From: a virus
Taxonomy: Duplodnaviria; Caudoviricetes
Virus record (IMG/VR): IMGVR_UViG_641201006_000001
Location: 64,001 to 128,000 of that record
DNA length: 64,000 bases
Reading direction: 5' to 3' (one strand)
In this document: in pieces, positions 49,986 through 59,327 of the stretch
How positions within the stretch are numbered: the first letter of the stretch is position 1
Layout of the letters: each line of letters begins with the position of its first letter
Program-made: the position numbers and the translations under genes
Notes under the pieces: model-generated
The model's database searches: none
The model's input: only the letters and a program-made list of their open reading frames with translations
Told to the model about the DNA's origin: nothing

Positions 49986-50849
49986 ATGAATCATAATATC
50001 AGCTATGAAGAACTCACACTATTGGTTTCGGCCTACCAAGATGGAAGTACAGATGCAGCAGAGCAAATCGTTGCAAACTATGACGGATACTTCCTTAAAT
50101 TTATGTCTGTCATGCATCCCGTTCGTTTTCGTATGAAGGATCGCACCCAGCGTAACTTCTTAAAGTTATTCTGCGGTGACGAATCCGTACGAAAGAATGC
50201 ACATCTATACGCTATTAACGAAGTGATTTATCGTAAGCTAATGGAAACGTTATCGAACGTTCGTGATATGTTTAGACACTATCATGAAGATGAACTCATG
50301 AGTGAGATGGTCATCATCTTACTTGAAATGGCGAGAGAACATAATGGAAAAGCTCCGTTTCATATTTACGTTGCTCACTACTTCCCACGCAAACTATACA
50401 AACGTCTGCGTAAAATGGTACAAGGGGATGTAAAACCAAGAGAAGTGTATTATGACGAGGAGGACATTCGTGTAGCGCATTATGATGATGAATACACGGA
50501 CGACAAACCACGTTATTATATCGAACCAACTACACCGACGGACTATGATGAAAACTGGGTCAACGGCTATGGTTGCGGAGAAGTGTTTGAAGATTTAACG
50601 ATTTACGAACGTCGCCTTATTAAATGGTATTACGAAGCGAAGGCGTTGAATCCTGAATCAATGGACAAGGATATTTACTTAGAGCGTAGAGCCGCTTGTA
50701 AGTGTACGGAGTCCGACATCGCAGATCGTCTAGGTTGTAACCGTAAAACAGTGAACCTAAAACGTAACGATGCAAAACGTAGAGTCGAGCAATATGCATC
50801 CGACCTACATTTACTTACGGGTAGCCAACCCAAAGCACATAAGGAGTAG
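49986..50849 (+). CDS. Phage-encoded RNA polymerase sigma70-family factor
   Basis: Region 2-like LVSAYQDGSTDAAEQIV..Y and region 4 HTH LT..ERRLI..YY...TESDIADRLGCNRKTV. Confidence 0.7.
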   Translation: MNHNISYEELTLLVSAYQDGSTDAAEQIVANYDGYFLKFMSVMHPVRFRMKDRTQRNFLKLFCGDESVRKNAHLYAINEVIYRKLMETLSNVRDMFRHYHEDELMSEMVIILLEMAREHNGKAPFHIYVAHYFPRKLYKRLRKMVQGDVKPREVYYDEEDIRVAHYDDEYTDDKPRYYIEPTTPTDYDENWVNGYGCGEVFEDLTIYERRLIKWYYEAKALNPESMDKDIYLERRAACKCTESDIADRLGCNRKTVNLKRNDAKRRVEQYASDLHLLTGSQPKAHKE

Positions 50850-50860
50850 GATGTGATTGT

Positions 50861-51373
50861 ATGAAGTATACAACTTGCACCGAGTGTGGAAACAAAGTTG
50901 GCTACACAACGAATCGTCCAAAGCGATGCACAGCTTGTAAAGAAGAACGTGAAAAGAAATTCACGTATAAGAAACGCAAGCCACAGCGTTCTAAGAAAGA
51001 AGGTTTAATGCAGAAAGTATTAGATGAACTTCTTCCTGACGCTGAATACATAGATAACGGTTACTACTCATGGATGCGTTCTCCTAGAGGAGCGTGCTTG
51101 CAGTTAGACCGTTATTACCCTGACCTAAATCTCGGATTTGAGATGAACGGCAGACAGCACTATGAATTTAATCGTTACATGCATAAAGACGAAGAGGCAT
51201 TTGAATACTTACAAGAATGCGATAGAAGAAAACGCAAAGAATGTAAGAGAAATGGTGTCACTTTGATAACGATTAAGTATAATAAAACTATCACGAAAGA
51301 ATATCTTGTGAAGCGATTCCGCCAAGCAGGTATCCTATCTGATATTAAAAAACAAACTACAGTGATGGAATAG
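50861..51373 (+). CDS. Zn-ribbon + Vsr/DUF559-like endonuclease
   Basis: CxxC..CxxC followed by LQLDRY.P..NLGFEMNGRQH..DRRK...C...GVTLITI. Confidence 0.7.
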   Translation: MKYTTCTECGNKVGYTTNRPKRCTACKEEREKKFTYKKRKPQRSKKEGLMQKVLDELLPDAEYIDNGYYSWMRSPRGACLQLDRYYPDLNLGFEMNGRQHYEFNRYMHKDEEAFEYLQECDRRKRKECKRNGVTLITIKYNKTITKEYLVKRFRQAGILSDIKKQTTVME

Positions 51374-51395
51374 GGTGTCTTCGTGACACTCTTTC
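51372..51395 (+). terminator. Rho-independent terminator
   Basis: AGGGTGTC-ttcgt-GACACTCT + TT. Confidence 0.55.
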
Positions 51396-51416
51396 TGTCT
51401 GATAAGGAGGGTTCTT

Positions 51417-51725
51417 ATGTTAGCTCACAACAATAAGACTGGTGTAACGGCACAGCCGAACCAAGAAGCACTCATCGCAGAATGGACTGCTGATGGATTC
51501 AGTTACTTAATTGGATTCACAGGTACAGGTACATATTCGGGTGAGTTTCTATTATATGTAGGCGGTGAACCACACTACGTATATCAAACATCACCGGGTA
51601 ACCGTACAGCTTACATTGCAGATCGCGGCGTACGATTAGATGCAGGTGTGAAAGTACAACTGAAAGTAAAACACGAAGACGACGAAGCACAAACATTCAA
51701 AGGAACAATTCTTGGAGGACGTTAA
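51417..51725 (+). CDS. Hypothetical beta-rich protein
   Basis: AAGGAGG RBS. Confidence 0.6.
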   Translation: MLAHNNKTGVTAQPNQEALIAEWTADGFSYLIGFTGTGTYSGEFLLYVGGEPHYVYQTSPGNRTAYIADRGVRLDAGVKVQLKVKHEDDEAQTFKGTILGGR

Positions 51726-51726
51726 C

Positions 51727-52284
51727 ATGAAGTATGTAGGTAGACTAGATGTAGAAATGGGTGGAATGTTCAGTGGAAAATCAGAAGAACTTATTCGTAA
51801 ATGTAGACGAGCAGAAATCGCTGGTAACAAAGTTCAAGTGTTTAAGCCGAAGCTTGATGACCGCTATAGTGATACAGAAGTTGTTACTCACTATGGTCGA
51901 TCCATCGAATGCGAAGTTGTTACTAACTCGCAAGACTTATACCGCAGGGTTCAACCTGACACAAGCGTAGTTGCCATTGATGAGGTACAATTCTTTGATG
52001 ATAGAATCTACGAAATCATCATGCATCTCAAACGTGACAAAGGCATAGATGTCATCGTAGCAGGATTAGATATGTGGGCTTCGGGTGAACCAGTGATGAT
52101 TGTAGCAAAGCTGGCTGCTGTATCGAATGATGTTCAGAAGTTCCACGCTGTCTGCCAAGATACAGGAGAGGATGCCTACATCTCCTATTGCACGGTAGAA
52201 AAAGATGGTGACGTACTCGTTGGTGGCACAGACAAATACATTGCCCTTTCAGAGAAAGCGTACCTGAAACGACTAAACAAGTAG
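51727..52284 (+). CDS. tdk: Thymidine kinase (type II)
   Basis: GGMFSGKSEEL P-loop, FKP..D.RY, IDEVQFF, VIVAGLD, VLVGG..Y. Confidence 0.92.
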   Translation: MKYVGRLDVEMGGMFSGKSEELIRKCRRAEIAGNKVQVFKPKLDDRYSDTEVVTHYGRSIECEVVTNSQDLYRRVQPDTSVVAIDEVQFFDDRIYEIIMHLKRDKGIDVIVAGLDMWASGEPVMIVAKLAAVSNDVQKFHAVCQDTGEDAYISYCTVEKDGDVLVGGTDKYIALSEKAYLKRLNK

Positions 52285-52293
52285 GTGATACCT

Positions 52294-52530
52294 ATGAAAT
52301 GGAACGAAGCATACACGAAGGTATTTACAACAACGGTTGCTGGCGCAACAAAGACAGTCTCAACACCGTACCGTTTTCACATGGGTCAAGGTGATGTACA
52401 AGTATTCGTCAATGGTGTATACGCACCACTCGGAAAAGAATACAAAGAGGTGTCACCGTATTCGATTGAGTTCTTTGAATCACTTGAAGCAGGAGACAAC
52501 GTGACATTCCATTATCAGAAAATGTGGTGA
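52294..52530 (+). CDS. Stand-alone 'GQTVF'-type structural module protein
   Basis: VQVFVNGV....GKEY.E....IEF.E.L..GD.VTF matches the repeats in 4199, 6147 and 9782. Confidence 0.6.
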   Translation: MKWNEAYTKVFTTTVAGATKTVSTPYRFHMGQGDVQVFVNGVYAPLGKEYKEVSPYSIEFFESLEAGDNVTFHYQKMW

Positions 52531-52534
52531 TACT

Positions 52535-52942
52535 ATGATATATGTCGGTCAGAGTTTAGTTGCTTTAGACCATAAGTCATGCCGCCTCAAATGGGCGGCC
52601 GTGACCGATAAAGAAATAGACGGTTACTATGTATACATGAGCGAAGACAACGAAAAGAACTACAAAAGAATGGTCGATAAGCCACTTACTGCTCTCGAAT
52701 GGGTGAGTCCTCCTCTACGTTCAGATCGTCGTTACTTCTTCTACATTACAGCCGTAGACCGGTCAGACAATGAGTCACGACCAAGTGCAACCGTACTATT
52801 TTCAAACGAAAGTGAAGTGAATAAGAGTTTAATTCCTGTACCTGCTCCCGTGAACAGGCTCCTTAACGGACAGGAGAAGGTAACAGATAATCTACCTGCT
52901 CAAGACTTCATGCTTTCGTTTCAGTTAGGAGGAAACTCATGA
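52535..52942 (+). CDS. Single FN3-domain protein
   Basis: LKW....GYYVY...YFFYITAVDRSDNESRPS. Confidence 0.65.
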   Translation: MIYVGQSLVALDHKSCRLKWAAVTDKEIDGYYVYMSEDNEKNYKRMVDKPLTALEWVSPPLRSDRRYFFYITAVDRSDNESRPSATVLFSNESEVNKSLIPVPAPVNRLLNGQEKVTDNLPAQDFMLSFQLGGNS

Positions 52943-54399
52943 ACTACAAGTTTATTATTGGCGGAGATGCCAAACATTATGTAGAGTTTTTCTTAAATCA
53001 AAACGACTACACGATTACAGGGCGTTACGCAAAGGCTGGCGTCATTGAGATGGAACACAAAGTAGTTGTCGATGATGTATTATCTGTAGAGCCTACCATC
53101 AACCCACGCTTTGAAGTGTCCAAGAAAGGACGCATATGGGACTTCCATGTAAGTAAACATGATGTGTATGGTAAAGAGTACCGCCGAAGCGTAGCCGTGT
53201 TTACAGCAGAAGATGTAAGTGCTGATAAGGTAGAACTATACAACGATACACAAACCGTGATGACATTAAAAGATTATTCCGTTCATCCACTCGATGTGTA
53301 TAATAGTCAGCTTTCCATCGGTAACTTTGAGTTCCGTACTGTCGATGGCATTACAGGTCAGTCCTCAACGCAGGACGGGAAACCAAAGCTAGGCACAGAC
53401 AGTTTACTCATGGGATTCGGCGGTGACATTCAGATTGATCTATTCGGCGAAGGCGTACTTGATGAAACAAAGATTCCATTTGTGATGATATTAAAAGTGG
53501 ATTCATTAGCGAAGAATGATAGTAGTGGGCAACACCAGTTAGGATTCCAACTAGGTGATAATATGTTTAAAATTGATACGACAAAAGGTATCATCTTGTC
53601 TCGTCCTGATACGGCAGACAAAACATTGTTCACAAAAGATAAGATTCCGACTGACCCGTTTACACTACGTCTATTCGTAAGCAAGACAGAGGCGAAACTA
53701 TTCTTGAATCACACATCTGTATCTATTCCGGATTATAACCGCAGTACACGAGTGGACTTCTTGAAGTTATATAGCTTCTGTAACAATGGTTCGTATTCGA
53801 TTATCGACCTTGTGCAGTTCCATGCACTGACGAACTTTAGACAAGATACAGTTCCTCCAAAAGCCGTTCGAGGTTTAGTAGCTACCGCAGGTAATAAGAA
53901 AGTATCCTTACAGTGGTTACCAAATACGGAGAACGACTTCAAAGGCTATCGTGTTTATGTCAACGGCAAGCAACATAACATCTCGCCGATCGCACTGAAT
54001 ATGTATGATGTGAATGCATTAGAAGATGGTAAGCCGGTACGTATCTCTGTAACCGCAGAAGACTTAGCTGGTAATGAAAGTGTAACGTCATCTGTTATCA
54101 CTATCGCACCGATCTTAGATGTGGCAAAAGAGGTTTCCAACTTCTCTGCACAGGTGACAGAAATCGGTGTACACTTCGATTGGGTTCCGCCAGTCTATAC
54201 AGATATGCAAGGTATTAAAGTATACCGCTTAAATCCAATTGATGGTACACGTATTGAATTAAAGAAACTTCCAACTGATGCGAAGACGTATTCTGATGAA
54301 CCAAAGCCGAAGCCGGGGATGTACACGTATATCGTTACAACCTACGACAAAGCAGGTACAGAGACATACGGTGTGCAAAAGACAATGGAAGTCTTATAA
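52939..54399 (+). CDS. FN3-containing protein (lectin-like + two FN3)
   Basis: DTVPP.A..GL.ATAGNKKVSLQW..GYRVY..VTAEDLAGNES. Confidence 0.7.
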   Translation: MNYKFIIGGDAKHYVEFFLNQNDYTITGRYAKAGVIEMEHKVVVDDVLSVEPTINPRFEVSKKGRIWDFHVSKHDVYGKEYRRSVAVFTAEDVSADKVELYNDTQTVMTLKDYSVHPLDVYNSQLSIGNFEFRTVDGITGQSSTQDGKPKLGTDSLLMGFGGDIQIDLFGEGVLDETKIPFVMILKVDSLAKNDSSGQHQLGFQLGDNMFKIDTTKGIILSRPDTADKTLFTKDKIPTDPFTLRLFVSKTEAKLFLNHTSVSIPDYNRSTRVDFLKLYSFCNNGSYSIIDLVQFHALTNFRQDTVPPKAVRGLVATAGNKKVSLQWLPNTENDFKGYRVYVNGKQHNISPIALNMYDVNALEDGKPVRISVTAEDLAGNESVTSSVITIAPILDVAKEVSNFSAQVTEIGVHFDWVPPVYTDMQGIKVYRLNPIDGTRIELKKLPTDAKTYSDEPKPKPGMYTYIVTTYDKAGTETYGVQKTMEVL

Positions 54400-54438
54400 A
54401 AAGGAGCAGGGGCGCACTGGGATATGCGCCCCTTTTTC
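54398..54438 (+). terminator. Terminator (possibly bidirectional) between convergent blocks
   Basis: AGGGGCGCA-ctgggata-TGCGCCCCT flanked by A- and T-tracts. Confidence 0.7.
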
Positions 54439-54520
54439 AAACTTGTTAGAGAGAAAACCAAGTGACACTCACAAGCAGCAAGCTAGGAGTTAATGATAGT
54501 ATAAACACAAAGTAAATTCT

Positions 54521-55372
54521 TTATGCTTGTAGATTAATAATTTTATCTCGGAATTGCCCCACAGGTAGAAAATTGGATTTGCACTCGACTTCTTCCGCAT
54601 GTTTACTGAATACCTCCATCCGTCTATTTACCTTTCGCTCGTTACCTGAAAATAAATATAGTACAGTAGGAAATTTCCTTCGGTAGAATTGCGACCATTC
54701 CTCATTGATCCATTGACCACTAAGCTCCCAATCTCGGTAACGTTCCAGTTTCTTAATTTCATCACTCTCTTTCTTCTCACACGTATCCACCTCAATGAAG
54801 TACCGGTATCCGTAGTTCCCTTTACGGAAGGCAAGAATAATATCCGGTTCAATGTTATAAGTTTTCGGCTTGTGTGTATAACAAGGCATGATGTAGTCAA
54901 TACTGATAGTGCCGTCTAGTTCGAGCAACCTCGCTGACGTGTACACATCAAGTATGTTTGAATGATGACGGTATTCGATAGACAATTGCTTGGGAGGTCT
55001 TCCTCCCTTATCTAACAATCTGTACCCGGCTCGGTCAAGCCAAATGTATTGCGGTGCTGTACCCTCCCCTAACGGAAGTCTAGGGGAGTATTTATTTACA
55101 AAATGGTAATCATATAACTTACGAATGCGGTCACGACATATTTGTCGTCCCTTCAATAATGTATAAAATGGTGCAAGTTCTCTCCCGCTCCTGAGAGACG
55201 TCGGTGGTGTAAGCCAAAATAGATGCTCTGTTTTTACAACAGGAAACTGCGCCATGATTCGAAGCATCTCCACATCACGGGGTGTCAGGATAAACCGATG
55301 CTGGTCTACCCAGTCGTCTGTTATCACTGACACTTCTTCTCGTTCTGAGCGACCTCTACGTATCTTCCCCAA
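54521..55372 (-). CDS. Replication-relaxation (Replic_Relax) family protein, putative relaxase
   Basis: LTPRD..L wHTH N-terminus, R.R.L...V....R, Y.LD..G, HH..., PD and FIEVD motifs typical of PF13814. Overlaps the ATPase stop. Confidence 0.8.
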   Translation of the reverse strand: MGKIRRGRSEREEVSVITDDWVDQHRFILTPRDVEMLRIMAQFPVVKTEHLFWLTPPTSLRSGRELAPFYTLLKGRQICRDRIRKLYDYHFVNKYSPRLPLGEGTAPQYIWLDRAGYRLLDKGGRPPKQLSIEYRHHSNILDVYTSARLLELDGTISIDYIMPCYTHKPKTYNIEPDIILAFRKGNYGYRYFIEVDTCEKKESDEIKKLERYRDWELSGQWINEEWSQFYRRKFPTVLYLFSGNERKVNRRMEVFSKHAEEVECKSNFLPVGQFRDKIINLQA

Positions 55373-57764
55373 GTCTCACACCCTCCTCGTCATCTATATC
55401 GTCATATGATGCTAGTAGTTCTTTGTATTGTTTGATATTCATCTTGAGATTCCGTGCGTTATTGTGAAGCCTTACTTCATCATAGCTTCGTGGAGCAAAA
55501 TGCATTCGCCACTTCTCCTCTAATTCCTTGTCACGACCAAACTCTTCCGGAACATCTAGACCATGAAAGATAAATGGAGGCAGTGCGCTCTTACCAACAT
55601 ATGTTTTAAAGTACCAGTGGTATTCCAGTTGTTCTAATTGCTTTAGTTCTTCGACGCTGATGCTAAGTTCTTGCGCCATAATCTTTAGGTTCTTTAAGTC
55701 GAGTCCACCACCAACTAATATATGAGGATTCATCCCGATGATTTGTTGCCATAACGCTTCGTTCTTTGATGACACTTGCGATGGATTCTGTATGAGGAAG
55801 TTGTCGCTCACGCCGTATTTCCGTGACTTCGATATAGATAGTTCAAAGATAGGTGTCGCATCCATATAGGTCTGCGGTTCGTCGTACATCTTATGATGAA
55901 TCGGCGGTAGCTTTCCTTGTTGCAGTAATCCTTCTCGCATAAGTGTCGCTGTCCAGTAACCATAGTTTAGGAAGCTCATCATCATGCGCTGCTCATTCTC
56001 AAGGAAGACACCGTTCGATAAATTGTACAGTACCCACTTGCCTTGATTCATCCAGTTGAAGATGTCGAGCTTACCTCCTGTTCCGCAGAAGATCGGGCCG
56101 AGTCGTTTGTTATATTGCAAATTATCTAATCTGTATAAAATAGGTTGCAGGATTTCAGTTACCTGACTATCACTCTTTACAATCTTCGGAAACTCTGTTT
56201 TCCACCAAAGGAATAATTCCGGATTACTCTTTCGTATCGTAGGCAAGAACTTACGACGGTACTCTTCATCTCGCATAAGAAGAATCAGTTCTAAGAAAGT
56301 CGCATCCGGATTACTAAAGACAGTCATCGCTGCTTTCCGTAAGAAACTATTCATCCGGTGATTGTGTGCTGTTTTAAAATACACCTCAAAGAACTCTGCA
56401 AACATCGCCCCTATTGTATCGCTATCTCTACCCAACGAGGAGAAGTTAAAGATATGGGGATATTTTTCGTCTGCGAAATTAACAAGTACAAGTTTTCCAC
56501 GCTCCTCTTCCGGTGTAGATTCGATAGCTTCGAGATAAAGTCTGCCGTCAGCAACATCGAATATTGACCCTCCGTGACCAGCTTCCATTGCTCCGTTTTT
56601 GAAGATTTTAACCGCTGTAGATTTACCACTTCCGGGAGGTGCAATCCAGAGTCGGGCTTTGCTCGCAGTGTCACGGTTAGCGACACTAAATCCCACCAAT
56701 GATCCCTCGGTAGCATACTCAATGCTATGTCCAATTGGGATAATATCTCGTGTAAGTCTTTCATCGACAGTCGTTTCATCCGGCTTCATCCTCTCTAACT
56801 TTCGTGTTGTAATCTCTTTAGTTGGAAGGCGAAGTAATACTTGTAGTTCATCATCACATAATAAACTTGCTGTCGTTAGCACCGGCATCTTACGTGTACG
56901 CATTGCCTCTAGTGTAGACTTCTTTCTAATAACAGGAGACATTTGCCAGCTATTATAATAGCCCGTACTTTTAAAACAAGATGCGATGGATTCAATGATG
57001 TCATTTCGGCGCTCATACGTATTCGCATAGACAGCTACTCTCACAACAACATGATATCCAGTCTGACGTACCTTCTGATTGAACTCTTTAATTTCACGAT
57101 GACGTTTTAGTTTCAAGGAAGGTTCTTCTTTTCCGAAGGACGATACAAGATGTGTGATTTGTTTATCGAGTTTGCGTCCGCCACTTTTGAGAAAGGAACC
57201 TCCGCTATCGGCATCACCTCCATTAATATAGAGTTCGTAGGCACGTTCTATCTCGTCTTGCCATCCATCCTCTACCGGATCAATCAGCAGTTGTACAAAA
57301 ACTTTTTCATCCTTTTGTAATTCTTCGGTAACGTACAAGATGTCTTTGCATAACATAGAAGTGTCCATCCTGTTAGGGAAGAAAGGTGCTTTGGTTGTGT
57401 GAAGGTAAGAGATGAGCGTGTTTTGACAGTCTGATACGAACGGCCAAGATGAGTGGATGTATTCCTTCACCCCGCTTCCTTTATAGACAGATTGAATCTT
57501 CTCTTTCAGCATGGTACGGTTCCCTACTGGGACGGTATACATGTAGAAACTTTCGTTGCTATCTGCGTACAGTTCTTGTGCAATGATGGGTTGACCGTCC
57601 CTTAGGGATTTAAACATTTGATTGTTACGTATACTTGAGAAGGACTTCATGAGTGCATGTAAGTCCTCATTTGTGTTGTCTGTAGCAGGTGCAACCTTAT
57701 ACGATACATAGTCATGTGTTTTAAATAGACCAGGAGTGAATTTACTTTTGATTGAGTTTTTCAT
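55356..57764 (-). CDS. VirB4/VirD4(TraG/TrwB)-type conjugative ATPase
   Basis: Walker A APPGSGKST, FN..(S)L, DEPQ Walker B, SRKYG...LIQNPSQ, C-terminal PPF. 802 aa. Confidence 0.8.
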   Translation of the reverse strand: MKNSIKSKFTPGLFKTHDYVSYKVAPATDNTNEDLHALMKSFSSIRNNQMFKSLRDGQPIIAQELYADSNESFYMYTVPVGNRTMLKEKIQSVYKGSGVKEYIHSSWPFVSDCQNTLISYLHTTKAPFFPNRMDTSMLCKDILYVTEELQKDEKVFVQLLIDPVEDGWQDEIERAYELYINGGDADSGGSFLKSGGRKLDKQITHLVSSFGKEEPSLKLKRHREIKEFNQKVRQTGYHVVVRVAVYANTYERRNDIIESIASCFKSTGYYNSWQMSPVIRKKSTLEAMRTRKMPVLTTASLLCDDELQVLLRLPTKEITTRKLERMKPDETTVDERLTRDIIPIGHSIEYATEGSLVGFSVANRDTASKARLWIAPPGSGKSTAVKIFKNGAMEAGHGGSIFDVADGRLYLEAIESTPEEERGKLVLVNFADEKYPHIFNFSSLGRDSDTIGAMFAEFFEVYFKTAHNHRMNSFLRKAAMTVFSNPDATFLELILLMRDEEYRRKFLPTIRKSNPELFLWWKTEFPKIVKSDSQVTEILQPILYRLDNLQYNKRLGPIFCGTGGKLDIFNWMNQGKWVLYNLSNGVFLENEQRMMMSFLNYGYWTATLMREGLLQQGKLPPIHHKMYDEPQTYMDATPIFELSISKSRKYGVSDNFLIQNPSQVSSKNEALWQQIIGMNPHILVGGGLDLKNLKIMAQELSISVEELKQLEQLEYHWYFKTYVGKSALPPFIFHGLDVPEEFGRDKELEEKWRMHFAPRSYDEVRLHNNARNLKMNIKQYKELLASYDDIDDEEGVRLGEDT

Positions 57765-57861
57765 TTGTTATCACCTTCAGTGTGCCGTAACCAATCATAA
57801 GTAGTACCATCGTATTTACGCCAAGCAGAATCGTCTGCATAAAGATAAGTGTCTGTAACAT
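57742..57861 (-). CDS. Small single-TM peptide (39 aa; missed by ORF track), VirB3-like position
   Basis: AGGAGG RBS. MLQTLIFMQTILLGVNTMVLLMIGYGTLKVITNEKLNQK* overlaps the ATPase start. Confidence 0.65.
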   Translation of the reverse strand: MLQTLIFMQTILLGVNTMVLLMIGYGTLKVITNEKLNQK

Positions 57862-57871
57862 TGTCATCCTC

Positions 57872-58750
57872 CTATCGTTTCAGTATGGCGAATCGTGCAA
57901 GCCTTCCGATTGTTTTGAGTGGTGCTAAACTGTTTGCGCCTGAGTCCATCATGCCGCGAACCCATCCCGGAGGATTCAGCATCATGTGTAGCCCGCCAAT
58001 CGCAAGCATAATCTTGATAATACCGTACTCCATACCTTGCCATGCGCTATGAGTGGGAAGCAGATTCGGACTATAAAGTATGATGGCAATCAGTCCAAGC
58101 ATAAAGCTATGAGCGACCTGCACAAAGAACTTATGAATGTTATCTTTCGTCCACATAGATAAGATACTTTCAAATGGTTTGAAGATATAGCTGACCATCA
58201 CAAACGGTGTGACCAGCATATTAAACATGAGTCCGAACCAACGATACGCATGATAGAGAAGTATTTTAAAGAGGTAGAATCCGAGTGCGAGTAAGAAGAA
58301 GAATGTAAGTACAGACATGAATATACTATTGCTAAGACCTGTTAGATGATTCACGAATACATCGTTACCTTCCATTGCTCCGCCTGTAATCAGACCCATA
58401 TACGATACGAGTTCATTCACGCCAATCGCCGTGTAATAAAAGATAAAGGGTACAATAGCAGATACAACAATCGCAATCGGAAAGCGTACAGCGATTTGAC
58501 TCATTGGTGTATAGCTGAGAGATAACGTGCGTTTAAGTCCTTCTATCATCGTAAGTACCGTAACGACTGCCATAGAGACTCCGCTCATCTTGAGGAGTAT
58601 ACCAATCATAGCAGGGTTCTTAAATAACTCGAAGGGAGTAAAGAGTACGTACTTTAACATATCGGTAAATATCCAGTTCACGAACTCGACTACGAACCCT
58701 CTTTCTCTTACGATAAGATCCGGTGCGCTCATACAACCCGATAAAAACAT
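57872..58750 (-). CDS. VirB6/TrbL-like polytopic membrane protein (start uncertain)
   Basis: 6-7 TM segments with R...L.....(V)TPF...., W......FVQV.H pattern typical of VirB6/TrbL. Lies between pilin and ATPase. Confidence 0.65.
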   Translation of the reverse strand: MFLSGCMSAPDLIVRERGFVVEFVNWIFTDMLKYVLFTPFELFKNPAMIGILLKMSGVSMAVVTVLTMIEGLKRTLSLSYTPMSQIAVRFPIAIVVSAIVPFIFYYTAIGVNELVSYMGLITGGAMEGNDVFVNHLTGLSNSIFMSVLTFFFLLALGFYLFKILLYHAYRWFGLMFNMLVTPFVMVSYIFKPFESILSMWTKDNIHKFFVQVAHSFMLGLIAIILYSPNLLPTHSAWQGMEYGIIKIMLAIGGLHMMLNPPGWVRGMMDSGANSLAPLKTIGRLARFAILKR

Positions 58751-58776
58751 CGGTGCAATGAGTACCGCACGTTTCT

Positions 58777-59301
58777 TTAGTTTGTGTAGTTGGGGAATAA
58801 GGCTAGAAAACCTCTTACAATAGTAGCTATAACCCCTAACACTGCTGGTGCAGTAAGAACCATCGTCATGCCCGCAACGGCATCCTTGTAACGTTTCTTC
58901 GCTTCTTCTCTTAAACCAATCATACGGAAGAATCCTGCTACCATTGCCATGATGATTGCGACGCTGACACATACGCCTAAACAGATTATCTGTACCTTGA
59001 GCAGCACTTCGTCTACTTCCGGTGGTAGCTTTGCTTGATCTACTGTCTCTGCTGATGTTGGCATTGCTATCATGACATTCGTCCAAGTGGCAAGAACGGT
59101 TGTGTAGATGTATACGATAACCTTGTTTCGTTTTTTCGTACGTACCGCCTTGCCCTTTAGAAAATTTACAACATCCTTCGTGTCAGAATTGAGATTTTGT
59201 TTTGCATGGGTGAGAATATCTTCCTTGCATACAGAAACCATGTCATGCTCTACAGTTCCTTTTCGACCACGTATATTGAATGCAGGTGTCACTTTCTTCA
59301 C
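58777..59301 (-). CDS. VirB2/TrbC-like pilin with long N-terminal leader
   Basis: AGGAAGGA RBS + GTG. Signal-like segment ending TSA-E, then two TM helices separated by a charged REEAKKRYKD loop (G.R..G..E.AK......G..(V)L.AP). Confidence 0.7.
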   Translation of the reverse strand: MKKVTPAFNIRGRKGTVEHDMVSVCKEDILTHAKQNLNSDTKDVVNFLKGKAVRTKKRNKVIVYIYTTVLATWTNVMIAMPTSAETVDQAKLPPEVDEVLLKVQIICLGVCVSVAIIMAMVAGFFRMIGLREEAKKRYKDAVAGMTMVLTAPAVLGVIATIVRGFLALFPNYTN

Positions 59302-59327
59302 GTCCTTCCTGTGGTTATCTACATCAT

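Noticed and set aside
23-54140. Numerous minus-strand and alternate-frame ORFs in the track (e.g. 386-886, 29168-29692, 33931-34353)
   Set aside because: They are shadows of long, RBS-supported + strand genes, with no motifs or RBS of their own.
54400-54520. oriT for the Replic_Relax protein
   Set aside because: The only clear structure is a terminator-like hairpin, and no recognisable nick-site consensus could be supported.
58751-59086. Long N-terminal extension of the 404-aa ORF (57872-59086)
   Set aside because: It overlaps the pilin gene in another frame and has atypical Arg/Ser/Cys-rich composition, so it is likely not translated from 59086.
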